From the NCBI RefSeq assembly GCF_009914755.1, contig NC_060936.1: 64,000 nucleotides of DNA; one strand, written 5' to 3'. Positions 26,010 to 39,390 of the stretch are shown here, in pieces (position 1 is the stretch's first letter; each line of letters begins with the position of its first letter). The stretch comes from the human T2T-CHM13v2.0 reference genome, Homo sapiens. Below the pieces are notes generated by a model. The model ran no database searches. It was not told where the DNA came from and saw only the letters and a list, made by a program, of their open reading frames with translations. The position numbers and the translations under genes are program-made.

Positions 26010-26250
26010 TATAAGTCAGGGTTCTGTCTGTTTTTAAGTAACAGAAATCCAGCTCTGACAGGCAAAGGCCATAAAGAGAGCTTAGTGGCTCATAGAACTA
26101 AGAAGCCCAGGCATGGTTGAATTCTGAGGCCTCAAATGATGTCACCAGGGCCTGTCTCCCTCAGTCTCTTGGGCTCAGCTTTCCTCTGAGTTAGTTTCAT
26201 TCTCACACAATCTTTCCTTATGTGTTGATCCTTGGCAGCTCCAGGCTTAC
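26010..26250 (-). mobile_element. Old MLT1 LTR fragment
   Basis: agtcagggttctg...taacagaaatccagctc...ggctcatagaact...ctcaaatgatgtcaccagg. Confidence 0.5.
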
Positions 26251-27379
26251 ATCATTTTTAAATCTACAAATTCCACTTGGGAAAAATACCTACTAGAGAA
26301 TGGAACTTTTCTGAAGTGAATCATTTTTGAATTTAGAGATATTTAAATTGATTGGCTTCCCAATTCCCTGACATTCACCCTACTCCAAGTTAGTGCTTTA
26401 TAATTTACACAATGTGTTTTTTTTTTATTACTTCCGAAGTCATAACCCAAAGTGGGTACCTTGGGTTAATGAAATAGGTTATGGATACATTGAGGTGAAC
26501 ATATAATTTTACAAACTCTATAGTATAGTACTTAAAATAAACCCTTAAAATATCTTAAGCTATTACTCTATAACCACTGACTATGAACCAATTTCTATTG
26601 AATTTTGTTAGAAAACTCCAGAAAATATATACCTATTTGAAAATTTTTAGTAGTTTTCAACTTATTGAAAATTTATGAGTAGACTCCAAATATATTTCAT
26701 TGAATCACAGGATTCTTCATTAGTTTCTCAAATTGGTACTAAATCATCAGCATCACAACACTGGAAGGAACTGGTGAGTAGTCAATATGAAAGAGGTTTC
26801 ACTTTAATTGGCCAACTAGTAGTTATTTTCATTTTGAAATGTATAATGATAATGACTTTATTTTTACATATGGGTTATTTTGGGGGATTTTGAATTTTTC
26901 AACCTAAGGAAATTGTTCTGTCAAGTTACAAATTGAATTCCCCAGTGAATGCTCATTTCTCTTCCTATGTATTTATTGTGTCCTTCTGGCCAGCTAGGAA
27001 AAGAACCATAATGAAAGCAAAATCATTTGGGAGTTTTATAGCTGGAATCTCCAACACTTTTGTCAGTATATCTTATGATACTACTTGGTAGTCACTGATG
27101 ACAATTTCTTGAGAGATTTCAAGGTTCTTCAGCAGTTTCTAAATTATTAAAAGGAGGTCATCTATGCCTAACAATAAAACAACTAAATATTATTTATTTC
27201 ATTGCTTCTAAAACTTGTTATTCACATAAAACATGTATGTATACTTCGGATTACTTGATTAAGCAGAACAGTCTGCAAGACAATAGAGTTCGCAATGAAT
27301 TTCTTTGTGTCAAGCCTTTTGAATAAAATGCGTAAACTTTCTTCCACATTAAAGACCCTTTTAGGTAAGAGTGAACATT

Positions 27380-27570
27380 AATTGCCAAGGCTCTATTCAG
27401 ATAATCTCATTGAATCTTCAGAATGACTTTATGAAAGGGGTAGCATTTTTTTAACCCCAGTTTTACACAGGAGGAAATTGAGACATAAAGAAGTCAAGTA
27501 ACTAACATTACACAGTTTGTACATGGCATAGTTGGCTAGGCAGTCCAACTCCAGACCACTGATATTAAAC
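27380..27570 (-). mobile_element. MIR SINE
   Basis: atctcattgaatcttca...ccccagttttacacaggaggaaattgagacataaagaagtcaagtaact. Confidence 0.75.
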
Positions 27571-27682
27571 ACTGTTAATATAATGATTGTGTGTTTTACC
27601 TTTGAGCAGATCACTTGACAATATTACTTAAGGCACAACAATCATGGAAACTTTCAGATTTGCCTCAAAGGTAGGAGAACCC

Positions 27683-27746
27683 TACACACACATACACACA
27701 CACGCACGCACACACACACGCACGCACACACACACACACACACACA
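27683..27746. repeat. Compound (CA)n/(CACG)n microsatellite
   Basis: acacacacatacacacacacgcacgcacacacacacgcacgcacacacacacacacacacaca. Confidence 0.95.
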
Positions 27747-30290
27747 AAGGATTGCCTGATGGTTTACCACATTTTGGTTACTGCATGCCTTTTATTTTCT
27801 TGACTTGGGTTAAAAAGACTTTAACAAAGCTCTTATAAATAAGATACCAAGTAAACAAAAATCTCATATTTGTACTGTTACTCTAATAAGCTTAATAACA
27901 ATAATCTACAAACATCTGCAATCATAAAATAAAAACTTCATTACCATTTCAATGCAGTCACTACAAATCCTCAGGTTAGCCAGTACACCAGCTGTGTCCT
28001 GGTGCTTCACAACACAAAACAGCAATTCATTCCAAATTACCACTCTCTGTTAGTGACTCTTGCTCACTGGCTCCCATCCCAAATACTCCTGCTGTTCAGG
28101 TCCATTGTTTCCCCTCACTGGAAGCCTTTTATTTCCTGGGAAAGATTAAAGGATTGTCTCTATGAAAAACTAGGCTAATCTTCTAACTTTTGATTTCCCA
28201 CTATTTGTCCTCCAACATATTGGATGTACTCAGCTTTTCTTTTCCTCCATCCAGTGGCATTTAATATACTTTTCTGGAAAGTGTTTAGAATTCTTCACCC
28301 AAAGAATAAAATTGAAGGAGTTAACAAAGCTTATGCTAGTTTCTGGCTTTGTAAAATAAACTAGTCCAAGATTCAGATAATGAGCTTTGATCTCCCTATA
28401 GGAGCTTTGAGTTGAGAAAACTCCCTTTCCATCATTCCTGCCGTGGGCCTCTAAATCATGAAATTCCATATCAAATTACAGAGAGCTTCCCTCTGAGAGT
28501 TTATGGCCTTGGAACAGCCAGTTAAAAACCAGACTGGTGGAAAATGCAGGATAGTCTTTGAGCCACATGCAACATGTATACCAGCTTATAGAAATTTTAT
28601 ACTCCTTAAGAGATCATACTTAACAGGCAGTTTATTTTTATGCTGCAAAATACTTATCTATTCCTTTTCATTTGGAGCTTAAACTTTTTTGCAATCCAGA
28701 ACACAATTGAAGAGAGGGAATAAGAGGATATTTGATCTTAGCCCAACTGATGATATATAAGATCTCAGAGAAACATTGGCTTTCGGATTTAACTACTTTA
28801 GTGCAAAAACGTAGCCAAGAAATTTGTTTCTTCTGAGGATGTAGAATGCAAGTCTATTAACTGTCAAAATAGAAGTCATTTAAATATTTCTTTTATTTAC
28901 CATTTCTAATCAGGTGTTAGATAATATTGGGAGAAGTATTTTTTTTGGTATTATCTTCTGTTATGTTGTCATAACCCATTACCTTGTGTAGATGAACTCA
29001 CACTGTTTTCCCAGGGACCCTGGGGATCAGCTTATAAAAGCCTCTTCAGATCTTAATCTGGGAGCCTTTTATGAGGGGGTGAATACCCTGTTGGATCTGG
29101 GAGCTTACTTTGGAGTCCATTTTCCTCTTGGACTATAGTAGCTGATTGAACCTGAGGTTAACCCTAATAGCATGCACCACAGATGTCTTAACTCTTTGAG
29201 GATGTATCTATTTTGACACTGTCAATGAAAGAGGACTGCTCTGCCTGCTAACATAGAATGGAACTCTGCTGAGATAAAATGTGGCAGCCATTCAGGACAC
29301 CACACATACTTTTCTAAGCAGCCTTCTATATGAATAAATGTTGTTATTACATGGCAAATTTACAAAGGCAGAAGGTAAGAGGGTAGAAGAATTTGTCTGC
29401 AGAGTTTTATTATATATTACAGAGATAGCTATTGGGGGAAAAATTGGTGATAAACATGGTAATGGCTCATTTTCTTAGATGGAGCTCATTAATCTTATCA
29501 ACGATGGCCTCTTTTAAATCCTGACAAGAAATTTTCTGCAAGGAAGTATAGACATTGTGATATGAGGAATGTAAATGGGACACTCTGTAAAGCTGATTGA
29601 CTTTAAACACACAAGCTAAGGATGAGCTGATGTCTTATGGGTCCTGTTTCTCCATCAGTATTTCTATGTAATCTTTTGTTTGGCAGCTAGCAGACACTAC
29701 TTGATGTATTTTTCAAGACAGAAAAATATAGTGACACCTGTTTATGGAGTTCACCCACAGATCCACACATTGTGGACTGTTTTGACAACTGGTTTCTAAA
29801 AGTAGATTTAAGACAAATGTAGGCATTCTTTGGCATAATTAAACTCATCACAGAATGCCTACATGATCAACTTCTGGTACCTGAATGCCTATTTTAGGAG
29901 ATCCCAATGGGTAAGTTGTAGTAATTTTGGAGACATCTATGAGGCTGCTATTAATTCTTAGATGATAGATTTCCATTATGAATGTGAACTCTCAGAAATG
30001 AGATTCAACTTAAAGAACTGAAATCATTTATTATGAAAGCACTACAGAGAACCCGGTTTAATCATTCCAATATACTGTATTATAAAACACGGTTGAAAAT
30101 TCACCGTACTAGCATAGATGGTTTGCATAGACCAGGTTCAAAGTGCACCATTCTTTAAAGGGAATAGGAAAGTTTACCGATCACACCAGTGGTCTGTGCA
30201 CATCTGTGTCTGAGTGTGATATGAAAGGTCAGATTCTTGGAGGCAGGAAAACTTGGAACAGGGAGTCAGTCATGAAATTTGGTGGCTCCA

Positions 30291-30435
30291 CTGTAGTCCC
30301 AGCTACTCAGGAGGCTGAGGCAGGAGAATGGCGTGAACCCGGGAGGCAGAGCTTGCAGTGAGCCGAGATCACGCCACTGCACTCCAGCCTGGGCGACAGA
30401 GCGAGACTCCATCTCAAAAAAAAAAAAAAAAGAAA
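30291..30435 (+). mobile_element. 5'-truncated AluY (right arm only)
   Basis: AluY diagnostics gagaatggcgtgaacccgggagg and agcttgcagtgagccgag. Perfect 17-bp TSD gaaatttggtggctcca at 30274-30290 and 30436-30452. Confidence 0.92.
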
Positions 30436-30599
30436 GAAATTTGGTGGCTCCAATTTTTTACAGGGTGTGACAATCAGTACCTGTGTAGACACAGAATAGA
30501 AATAGTGGGTAGCTGGATAACTCTTGTTGAGATAGAACATTGAATTAAAAACTATTGGCCTCTTAGAAAAGAGGCAGAAGCCTCAATCAAATTTTTGAC

Positions 30600-30705
30600 T
30601 ATATATATGTGTGTGTATGTGTGTATGTATATATGTGTATATAAAGACACACACACATCTTTATATACACATATATACATACATACACACATACATATAT
30701 ATATA
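30600..30705. repeat. TA/TG/CA low-complexity repeat arranged as an inverted repeat
   Basis: Perfect 26-bp arms 30622-30647 and 30658-30683 around a (CA)5 spacer. Confidence 0.9.
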
Positions 30706-32303
30706 AACCCCCACATATACATATACAAAGAGATATAACATTTCCTTTGAAAATGTCTATATACTTGAACTATACTAATCATCTACATGTGCATGGCAAT
30801 ATTGTAGGAATCTTGTATAGCATACCTACCAAATAAAATCTATACTACTGAGAACTATGCATTTTAATTCAGAAAACAGGATACTGTTAGACATAAAAGT
30901 GAGTGAGAGAAAAGATCCTTTTGGAAAACAAACCTTGATTAAATAAGCAAATAATATTAATGTTTTATACAAGATAGGATGAGATTCAAATTTCTTGTTT
31001 TTTTTTTTTTTTTTTTTTTTTTTGGTAATGGCTATGTCTTTCTATAGTTTGATGCTTGTTTCATCCTTTCCTTTTCTTTCTTCACATGCTATCTTGTCTT
31101 ATATCCTTAAAATTGGTGAAAGATCTTCTGAACACTTTTCATTCTGACTTCTGGATAAGATTTCTTTAGAGTGATCTATTTTTTAAAGGTCAGATAAGTT
31201 ACAATATTATTAAAATGCCTTTTGATTTCCAGTGATGATTCATTCTGATTTGAAAATCTTTCTCAACTTTAACTCAGGGGTAGACTAAATGAACAATTAT
31301 TGTATAAAGGAAAATGTATAGATTTTAATCATCTGCCAAAGAAAATTTGGGAGTTAAGGATAAAAGCAGAACTGGAAACAAGGGGCAGAGGAAGGGGATA
31401 ATTAAAACCATGCTGATTAAATTCAGTATATTGAAATATTTTAACAAAATGAGAATGATCATTCATGTCCTGAGGGAAAATTGCCATTCCATTCTAGATG
31501 AAATTCCTATTTTTGAGAAGTGCAAATTTGCTAAAGTAGTACATTCATCCAAAATTAGCTTGTAAAATGCTTGCAATAAGCAACGTCTCCAGCTCATGGT
31601 CAAATGGCATTTTGTACGAATATTCAGTAATAAGATATCTTACATAGGTTAAAGTACAATTATGAAAATGTCTTCTATTTCTTCAGGATTTCATTACCAT
31701 GTTTTGCAAATTTAATATCATATCTGAGCTGATATGAGCCAAAAAATAATATATTTTTGTGCCTGGCAAGGATACTCAGCTTCTGTACTTGAGAACCAAA
31801 GGAGGTTGTCCTCAAAAATATGTGAGATTTTTTCATGGGGTGAAACACTGCTGATGCCATGATTGATTACCAGCCACATAACTTAGCAAGTCAAATGAGA
31901 ACTTTTTATTAAATACCTATGGTGTGCAAAACTCCAAATGGTAATAATTAAATTACATGATATTGGTTTAACAAAGAAGAAAATTGAAAAAAAAAGCTAG
32001 TACAGTGGGTGACACACAGTAAGAACTAAATAAATATTAGTTTTCTTCCTGACTTTTAATGGGGGAAGGAGATTGAGATAAAGAGAAGTAGAAAGAAGTT
32101 CAATATTCAAGAGAAGACCTGCTGGTTTATGTGTTCTCAATGTCAAGAATGGAGGAGCACTGACCTGTCTCCTTTCTTCCAGATCCATTGGTAAATCAAG
32201 ATGCAAGTTTACGAAATGACCAGTCTGGCTTCGGGGTATGGTAAATGCAAACCTTGAGTTCTTTCATGGGAACTGAGTTCATCATCTTGTTCTCTCTAGT
32301 CCT

Positions 32304-32490
32304 AGATATATATTATAATATATTATATATTTATACTTATATATGTAAGTATATATTATAATATATATTTATATCTATATTTATACTTATATATATAAGT
32401 ATACGTATTATAATATGTTACATATAGGACTAGAGAGAAAAAATTCATATATATATGTATATATATATATATGATTATATATATGATGAG
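32304..32490. repeat. (TA)n-rich low-complexity tract next to an Alu tail
   Basis: Near-pure A/T tract containing an inverted copy of its left flank. Confidence 0.9.
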
Positions 32491-32755
32491 AGAGAGTCTC
32501 ACTCTATTGCCCAGGCTGGAGTGCAGTGGCACAAACATGAATTACAGCAGCCTTGAACTCCTGGGCTCAAACAATCCTCCTACCTCAGCCTCCTAATTAA
32601 TTAGTACTACAGTCATGCACCACCTTGCCCAGCTATTTAAAAAAAATTTTTTTTTTGTAGAGATGGAGGTCTCGCTATGTTGCCCAAGTGATCCTCCTGC
32701 CTTGACCTCTCAAAATGCTGGGATTGTCAACATGAGCCAACCACCATGCCCAACC
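32490..32755 (-). mobile_element. AluJ with internal deletion
   Basis: gagtctcactctattgcccaggctggagtgcagtggc...ctcctgggctcaaacaatcctcc...agagatggaggtctcgctatgttgccc. Candidate TSD tctagtcct at 32295-32303 and 32756-32764. Confidence 0.85.
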
Positions 32756-33359
32756 TCTAGTCCTGTGTTTTAATAGAGCTGGAACACAATGCAAATGAGT
32801 ATCGATTTAAAAATTTTTAAATTTAACCCTTTGGTAGGCAGAACCACTGTAGTCCTCTCCCTCCTAACAATTATACCTAGGTGGCCCACTATGCTTTCAT
32901 TTGGCAGAATCTGTTGGAGTATTATTTGGGCTGTTTTTACATTTATAGAGTTCAAGGTAAATCCCAAGCAGGGTTATAAATCACAGGAATTTTCAAGCCT
33001 ACATGACCCTTGATTTTTAAATAGCCTCAAGATTCCCTAGGCCCCCTCGAAGTTAGATTCCAATATGGGTAATTTGAGAAATTCTCACTCTGTTCCTGCC
33101 TTGAAGAAAATTCAAAAGCAGTGAGTCAGCTTCTTGGGTCTCTTTTGGGATTGAGTCAACCAAGGGAAGGTACTTCATACGCAATGAGATGACTGCCTCA
33201 ACAATAAAATCTTTGATTTGTTTTTCTTCCATATATATGGATAGATATATTTGGATAGCGTGATGGATCGTGAAGAGGTGGAGTCTTTTTCCCTTCCCTT
33301 GATACTGTGACATATTTTGGCAACAGCATGTAGTAGAAGTGATGTTGTGTAATGTTAAC

Positions 33360-33665
33360 TCTTGGAACCCTGTGTGAATCTCAAGTAACATGGAAAGTCC
33401 GCTGGAAGGAGAATGGAGGTGTTTCAGTCAACATTACCAGCTGAACTTCCAACAACATGTGTGTGCCATCTTGGATTCTAGCTCAGTCTGGCCTCTGGAG
33501 GAGTGGCCAGGCTGATTCTGTTGCTAGCCCTAGCCAAGAGGACATGAAGCAGAAGAACTGCCTCGCTAAGCCTAGTTAACCCACATATCTTTACAGACAA
33601 AACAATCATTGTGGGTTTTCTATGCTACTAAGTTTTAGAGTGGCTTGTTACACTGATCAAAACAC
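33360..33665 (+). mobile_element. Old MLT1 LTR, 3' part
   Basis: gccatcttggattctagctcag...gcagaagaactgcctcgctaagcc...ctactaagttttagagtggcttgttacac. Confidence 0.6.
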
Positions 33666-35029
33666 ATAGAGACATTAACACTCTCTTAAAGTTTGCTTTG
33701 AGCCCAGTGGCACTTATTTGTAAAATGTCTGGCTTGGGGATATCTGTGCTTTTGAAACCTCTTTTCTCTAAATGTAATTATTTTGAGTGTATAAAAATAA
33801 AAGTTGGGGCTGTGGCAGCAAAAGCACCACACTTAAATCACTGGAGAAGAGGTGAAGTCAAATGTTGTGAAGACTGTGATTGGTATTGGGGAAGAGGGGT
33901 GTATATTTGTGGGAAAAGGTGGCATCAATACTATCTGGTCACTGTAACATGCCAGTACCCCCTAGGGGAAGCTCTTGGACTTCAAAATTCTGCCGAGATT
34001 TTTTGAGTTGCATGAGTAAGCCTTCATTCTTTTATTATTTTCATATTGAATTAGAAGCTTTTTTACATAAATATAATTTTCTTCAGCATCTGTTGATTTT
34101 TTTGGACCATGAAATTTAGCAGAAAATTAAAAGCATGAAGATTTACATAGCATAATGCTGAGTTATGCAAGTTTGAAATAAAACTTTATCTAATTCTGTC
34201 ACAAAAATCTGTTTTTTAGAAGCATAAGGCCTGACAAGCTCTCATTACTCACATCCATATTTGTGAATGCCACCTCACTCTCCTCTCAAGATGATTCTGT
34301 TGCTCACCAGTTTGATGGGCCAGTAGAAAATGCATTTGCCAATAGCCTGGGTCAGGTGCCAGTTGCTTTTGGGTTCCTTTGACTGCCACGTCCCTTCTGG
34401 AGACGAAACATTGCTAAGGAATTAGCAGGAGTCAGGATAGAGTCAAGGTCAGGAGATAACAGACATAGCCTCAACCCTGGTGAAAATTAGCAGAGTTAAC
34501 CTTGGGAGGCAGGCATTAGGTAAAAGGTCAATAATATGACTAGAACCATTCAGGCTGGTGTTGAATTTTATGGGTCCTCAGTTCTCTGTTTATTTTATGG
34601 CAGAGTAGTTATCAGGTTCCAAGAGAAGAAACTGGTTGGAAAGCTGGTAAGGTTGTTGTTTAGCTCCAAAGAAGGAAGGGTAAAAGGCCAGATCTCCAGG
34701 GTACTGTCATTTGGTGTAGGGCATTAAGCCAAGAGTTCTGGTGCTAAAGTATTAGGTAAAGAAAGGACAGGTAATAAAGGGAAGTGTTAAGTGTCAGTTC
34801 AAGGGAAGCAGGCAGAGAGCAAGAATGTAATTTGCATAAAGGGATGGCTACAGAAAGACTGATAGGTCAGGTTTGGGAAGGGAACCTTGGAAAGATTCTT
34901 GGGGGCAAACTGGTACAAGTGGTGGGAGAATTTTAAATGTGTGTATGTGTTTTTCAATAAAACCTGTGGAAAAAAGAGGAAGCACTAATAAGTACCAGAA
35001 AGATCACTGGATTAAGAATCGAGAGGCCA

Positions 35030-35461
35030 TAGCAAAGACTTGGAACCAACCCAAATGTCCAACAATGATAGACTGGATTAAGAAAATGTGGCACATATAC
35101 ACCATGGAATACTATGCAGCCATAAAAAATGATGAGTTCATGTCCTTTGTAGGGACATGGATGAAGCTGGAAACCATCATTCTCAGCAAACTATTGCAAG
35201 GACAAAAAACCAAACACCGCCTGTTCTCACTCATAGGTGGGAATTGAACAATGAGAACACATGGACACAGGAAGGGGAACATCACACACTGGGGCCTGTT
35301 GTGGGGTGAGGGAGGGGGGAGGGATAGCATTTGGAGATATACCTAATGTTAAATGACAAGTTACTGGGTGCAGCACACCAACATGGCACATGTATACATA
35401 TGTAACTAACCTGCACGTTGTGCACATGTACCCTAGAACTTAAAGCATAAAAAAAAAAAAA
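35030..35461 (+). mobile_element. 5'-truncated L1PA (PA4/5-like): ORF2 C-terminus, 3'UTR and poly-A
   Basis: Encodes IAKTWNQPKCPTMIDWIKKMWHIYTMEYYAAIKNDEFMSFVGTWMKLETIILSKL...FSLIGGN*, the L1 ORF2p C-terminus. TSD aagaatcgagaggcca (35014-35029) / aagaattgagaggcca (35462-35477). Confidence 0.95.
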
Positions 35462-37448
35462 AAGAATTGAGAGGCCAACAATGCAGACCTAGATTAGAGG
35501 CTAGCTAGCCAAGTGACCTTTAGTGAGTCATTTTATGCCAAGAAATCAATAGCAAAATGAAAGGACTGATTGTACCAACAATTGATTTTAGGTGTCCACT
35601 TTCTGCTAGAATATGTGCTGTGTGCCACAAAGGGGAGCCTTTGGGACAACTGGCCTATAAATTATGTATTCAAATTCTAAACAGAATCCCATCCTTGTTA
35701 TTATTGGAGTTTTTCTGTATCTGAAATTTAATCTATTTGTGACTCTGTATACTTCTTTTATTTTCGTCTTGAACTTATAAGTCAGAGTTTATTTTCATGG
35801 CTGGATGGACTGTTGACTTCTAGTCTATAAGAAACCATTAGAAAATCAGATGTCTGTGGTTACTGACATTAGAAATATGGAAGCAACTCTTGTTCTCACT
35901 CTGGACCCAGATTATTGGGTGTGGGGAAGAGCTTGGGCATAGTGTCCTTGAACCATCCTTTATGAACCAAAATAAGGTAGGGCTTCATGAGTGTGGGCAG
36001 GAAATGAGGGTTTACTACTGGGGGTTCAGAGAGTATGAACTTCAACTCTGTTTCTTGATGCTCAGAGAGAAGGGATTTCTTTGAGGGCAAAAGACTATTG
36101 ATCTTTTGCTAAAAGGCACAAATGTCTGCAGGGCAGAGGCCATGCTATGTTAGAGTTCCTTAGTAGCTCCTTTAAATGTGCAGGGAAGAGAGGACAATTG
36201 TTTTATATAGACTAAAAAGTATATTGCCCTACAAAAGTTATAGTATAAATCTTTGAAGTTATTTGTCCTCTGAGGGGCCAAAAGTATTCTGCTTTTCCCT
36301 CTCAAATGCTGCATAAGAGTATTCTGGGATGTGTATAATAAACAAAAATAGTAGAGTCCAGTTTCTTCTTCTCATCCATGGAGAGGATAAGAAAGTTGGC
36401 CCTAGGCACAGATAAAATTTTGCTTTTATAGTTAACAAATATACCATCAGTCTTAGCAACATATGATTCTGATTAGGTTACTTAGAATCATCCTAACCAT
36501 CACCACCATTGTTGCAATTCCAGTAAAGTTACTTACTTCACACCAGACCTTGTGCCTAGTACCAACATACTGTAACTCATTGAATGACCCCAGGAATGCT
36601 ATAAGGTTGGTATGATAGCCCTTATTTCATAGATGAAGATTCTTCAAGTTACTGGATAAATGCAAAATATTTAACACTCAGTCCCACAAGGTCAGTGGCT
36701 GATCTGAAGTGGTGCACAGATACTCTAGTGTTAACATGTTGAAAAATTTAGCCCTCATATTCTCCTGTACTCTTTTCTTGGTTAAAACCAATTCTTTCCT
36801 CAAGTCTGTTTAAATGTTACTTCTTCAAAGAGGTATCCTAAAGGGCTGGGCTGGAGATCCCTCTGCTCTGCCCTCATAACACTGTCTCTGAGTAAAGCCA
36901 AGCACCCCTATAATAACTTATATATTTAGAGTCTGCATCCTCACCAGAGCAATAGTCTTTTAATCAGGCCTCTCATCCTATATCTCCTTGCAAAAGGGGT
37001 GAACAGATTTATTTGGCCATGGATGGGGGCATCTATCAACTATCTGCAAGTTTAGACAAGTTTAGCTAAATTTTGCGTTGTCATTATATATAGTTATAAT
37101 GTAAAAATATATATATTCTCAATTATGTTGGCACTAAATCATGGCCCTTTAATTGTCATGGGTTAATAAGACTGGAACAGAGGTGAACACAAGTAAATAG
37201 TGTATATGTGTCAAGTGAAAATGTTATGTCACATTGTGCCACATAAATGAAGATTTATAGATTTATAGATATATTAAAAAGATGTGCTGGTGATAGCACA
37301 ATTTGTTAGGGCAATGGAGTATGTTGTGAGTTAATACTGTTTTCAACAAAATATCATCTATTATACTTAATTAATGAGGCTAATTTGAGTTTTACTGGTG
37401 TTGAAATTGTGTATTTGTTTTATAATTCTGATACCTTTTTATAACTGT

Positions 37449-37829
37449 TGATATGGTTAGGCTTTGTGTCCCTGCCCAAATATCAAGTTGAATTATAATC
37501 CCCATAATCCATGCATGTCAAGGGAGAGACCAGGTGGAGGTAATTGGATCATGGAGGCGGTTTCCCCCATGCTGTTCTCAGGATAGTGAGTGAGTTCTCA
37601 CGGGATCTGATGGTTTCATAAGTGGCTCTTCTCCCTTTGCTCAGCACTTCTATCTTCCTGCCACCCTGTGAAGAAGGTGCCTTGTTTCCCCTTTGCCTTC
37701 TGCTATGATTGTAAGTTTCTTGAGGCCTCCCCAGTCATGCTGAACCTGTGAGTCAATTAAATCTCTTTCCTCTATAAATTACCCAGTCTCAGGCAGTTCT
37801 TTATAGCAGTGTGAAACCAGACTAACACA
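37449..37829 (+). mobile_element. THE1 (THE1C/D-like) solo LTR
   Basis: tgatatggttaggctttgtgtcc...gtcaagggagagaccaggtggagg...ctgtgagtcaattaaa...ctttatagcagtgtgaaaccagactaacaca. Flanks actgt / accat. Confidence 0.92.
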
Positions 37830-38009
37830 ACCATATAAGAGCTGGATATATAATGTATTAATATTTAGTTGTATGCTAATATATTTTTATTTATCATTGT
37901 AACACAATTAATTTAGGTTAGCACTAGTTCTCTGGGAGAACTTGTTTTTTGTCCATACGAATGAGACTTACATTCTGCAAGTCTGAGCAACACTAGATGA
38001 GACAGTAAT

Positions 38010-38125
38010 GTCCATGAAGACAGGACTTGTGTTTCTCTTGTTCACAGCTGTATCTCTACAGCTAGTAGACTGCCCACTGCCCAGCACATTCTATGATCTC
38101 AATAAATACTCAGTGAATAAATGGG
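38010..38125 (+). mobile_element. L2 3' end
   Basis: tccatgaagacaggacttg...gttcacagctgtatctc...ctcaataaatactcagtgaataaatg. Confidence 0.7.
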
Positions 38126-39010
38126 AGACTAAATATTTCATCTTCTTACTGAACTCTTTCTTTTCCTAATTTGTTTTCCTATATGAATTCCATTCTCTAG
38201 GCTTCACAGTGAATCAATATTGGCCTATCTGACCTTTTTTTTTCCTTCCTGCTTACTTAATGCCATGCCCTGCATTTCATCTGTTTCTGACAGCACCCTT
38301 GGTAATTCCCAGTTTGCTATCAGTCTTTCTGGGCCAGTCTTGCAGAACTCCTAGCAAAAAATAGACATATTGCTTTATAAAATGAGTCATCTTCAGTCTC
38401 TTTTTCATACCAAACATTTTTAGAGTATTTTGTAATATGATTCAATTTTTCAAAAATTTCCAGCAACTTTCAGGAGCACACCTTAGTGTGAACATGCTTA
38501 GGACATTACAGCTGATGAAAACAGGATGTAATAACACAAGAGATTTCTTTGACACCAAGTCATTTAAACCCCAACATAAGAGATGAAACAAAATAGCCTC
38601 ACTTTTAAATGTATTAATATTGAGATACATTCTCCAAATATTTTACTAGGTAACAAAATGTTAGGAGAGACATATAATAAAAGCTAGGCAATGTTTTCAA
38701 ACGAAAAATGTTCTCTCCTTTACTAAGCTGCTAAAATAATCTGCACTGATATAATCACTTGTGTCTCTATAGAGATAAAAGGATGTAGAGATAAAGTCAC
38801 TGAACTTGCATTAAATATTGCAAGTGTGTCACTTATTCTAGACAATTTCTTTGGGTCTCTAATTTCACAGGGTTGTTGGAAGGTTTTTTTTTTCAGCTGG
38901 AAAAGGCTATATTTATTTTACAAGTTTTGAAAATAATGGTTAAAATCATTTAATTAGCTAGCTGGTAACTCGACTTGCTACTAGCTGTTTACTTTAAAAG
39001 TAACCATCTG

Positions 39011-39390
<380 letters not shown>

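Noticed and set aside
34873-35247. 124-aa ORF as a chimeric gene
   Set aside because: It starts at TTG and is chance in-frame read-through from the flank into the L1 ORF2 C-terminus.
37030-37996. Possible hAT/Charlie fossil hosting the THE1 LTR
   Set aside because: The end gagcaacactag is suggestive, but I could not match a family or the other terminus.
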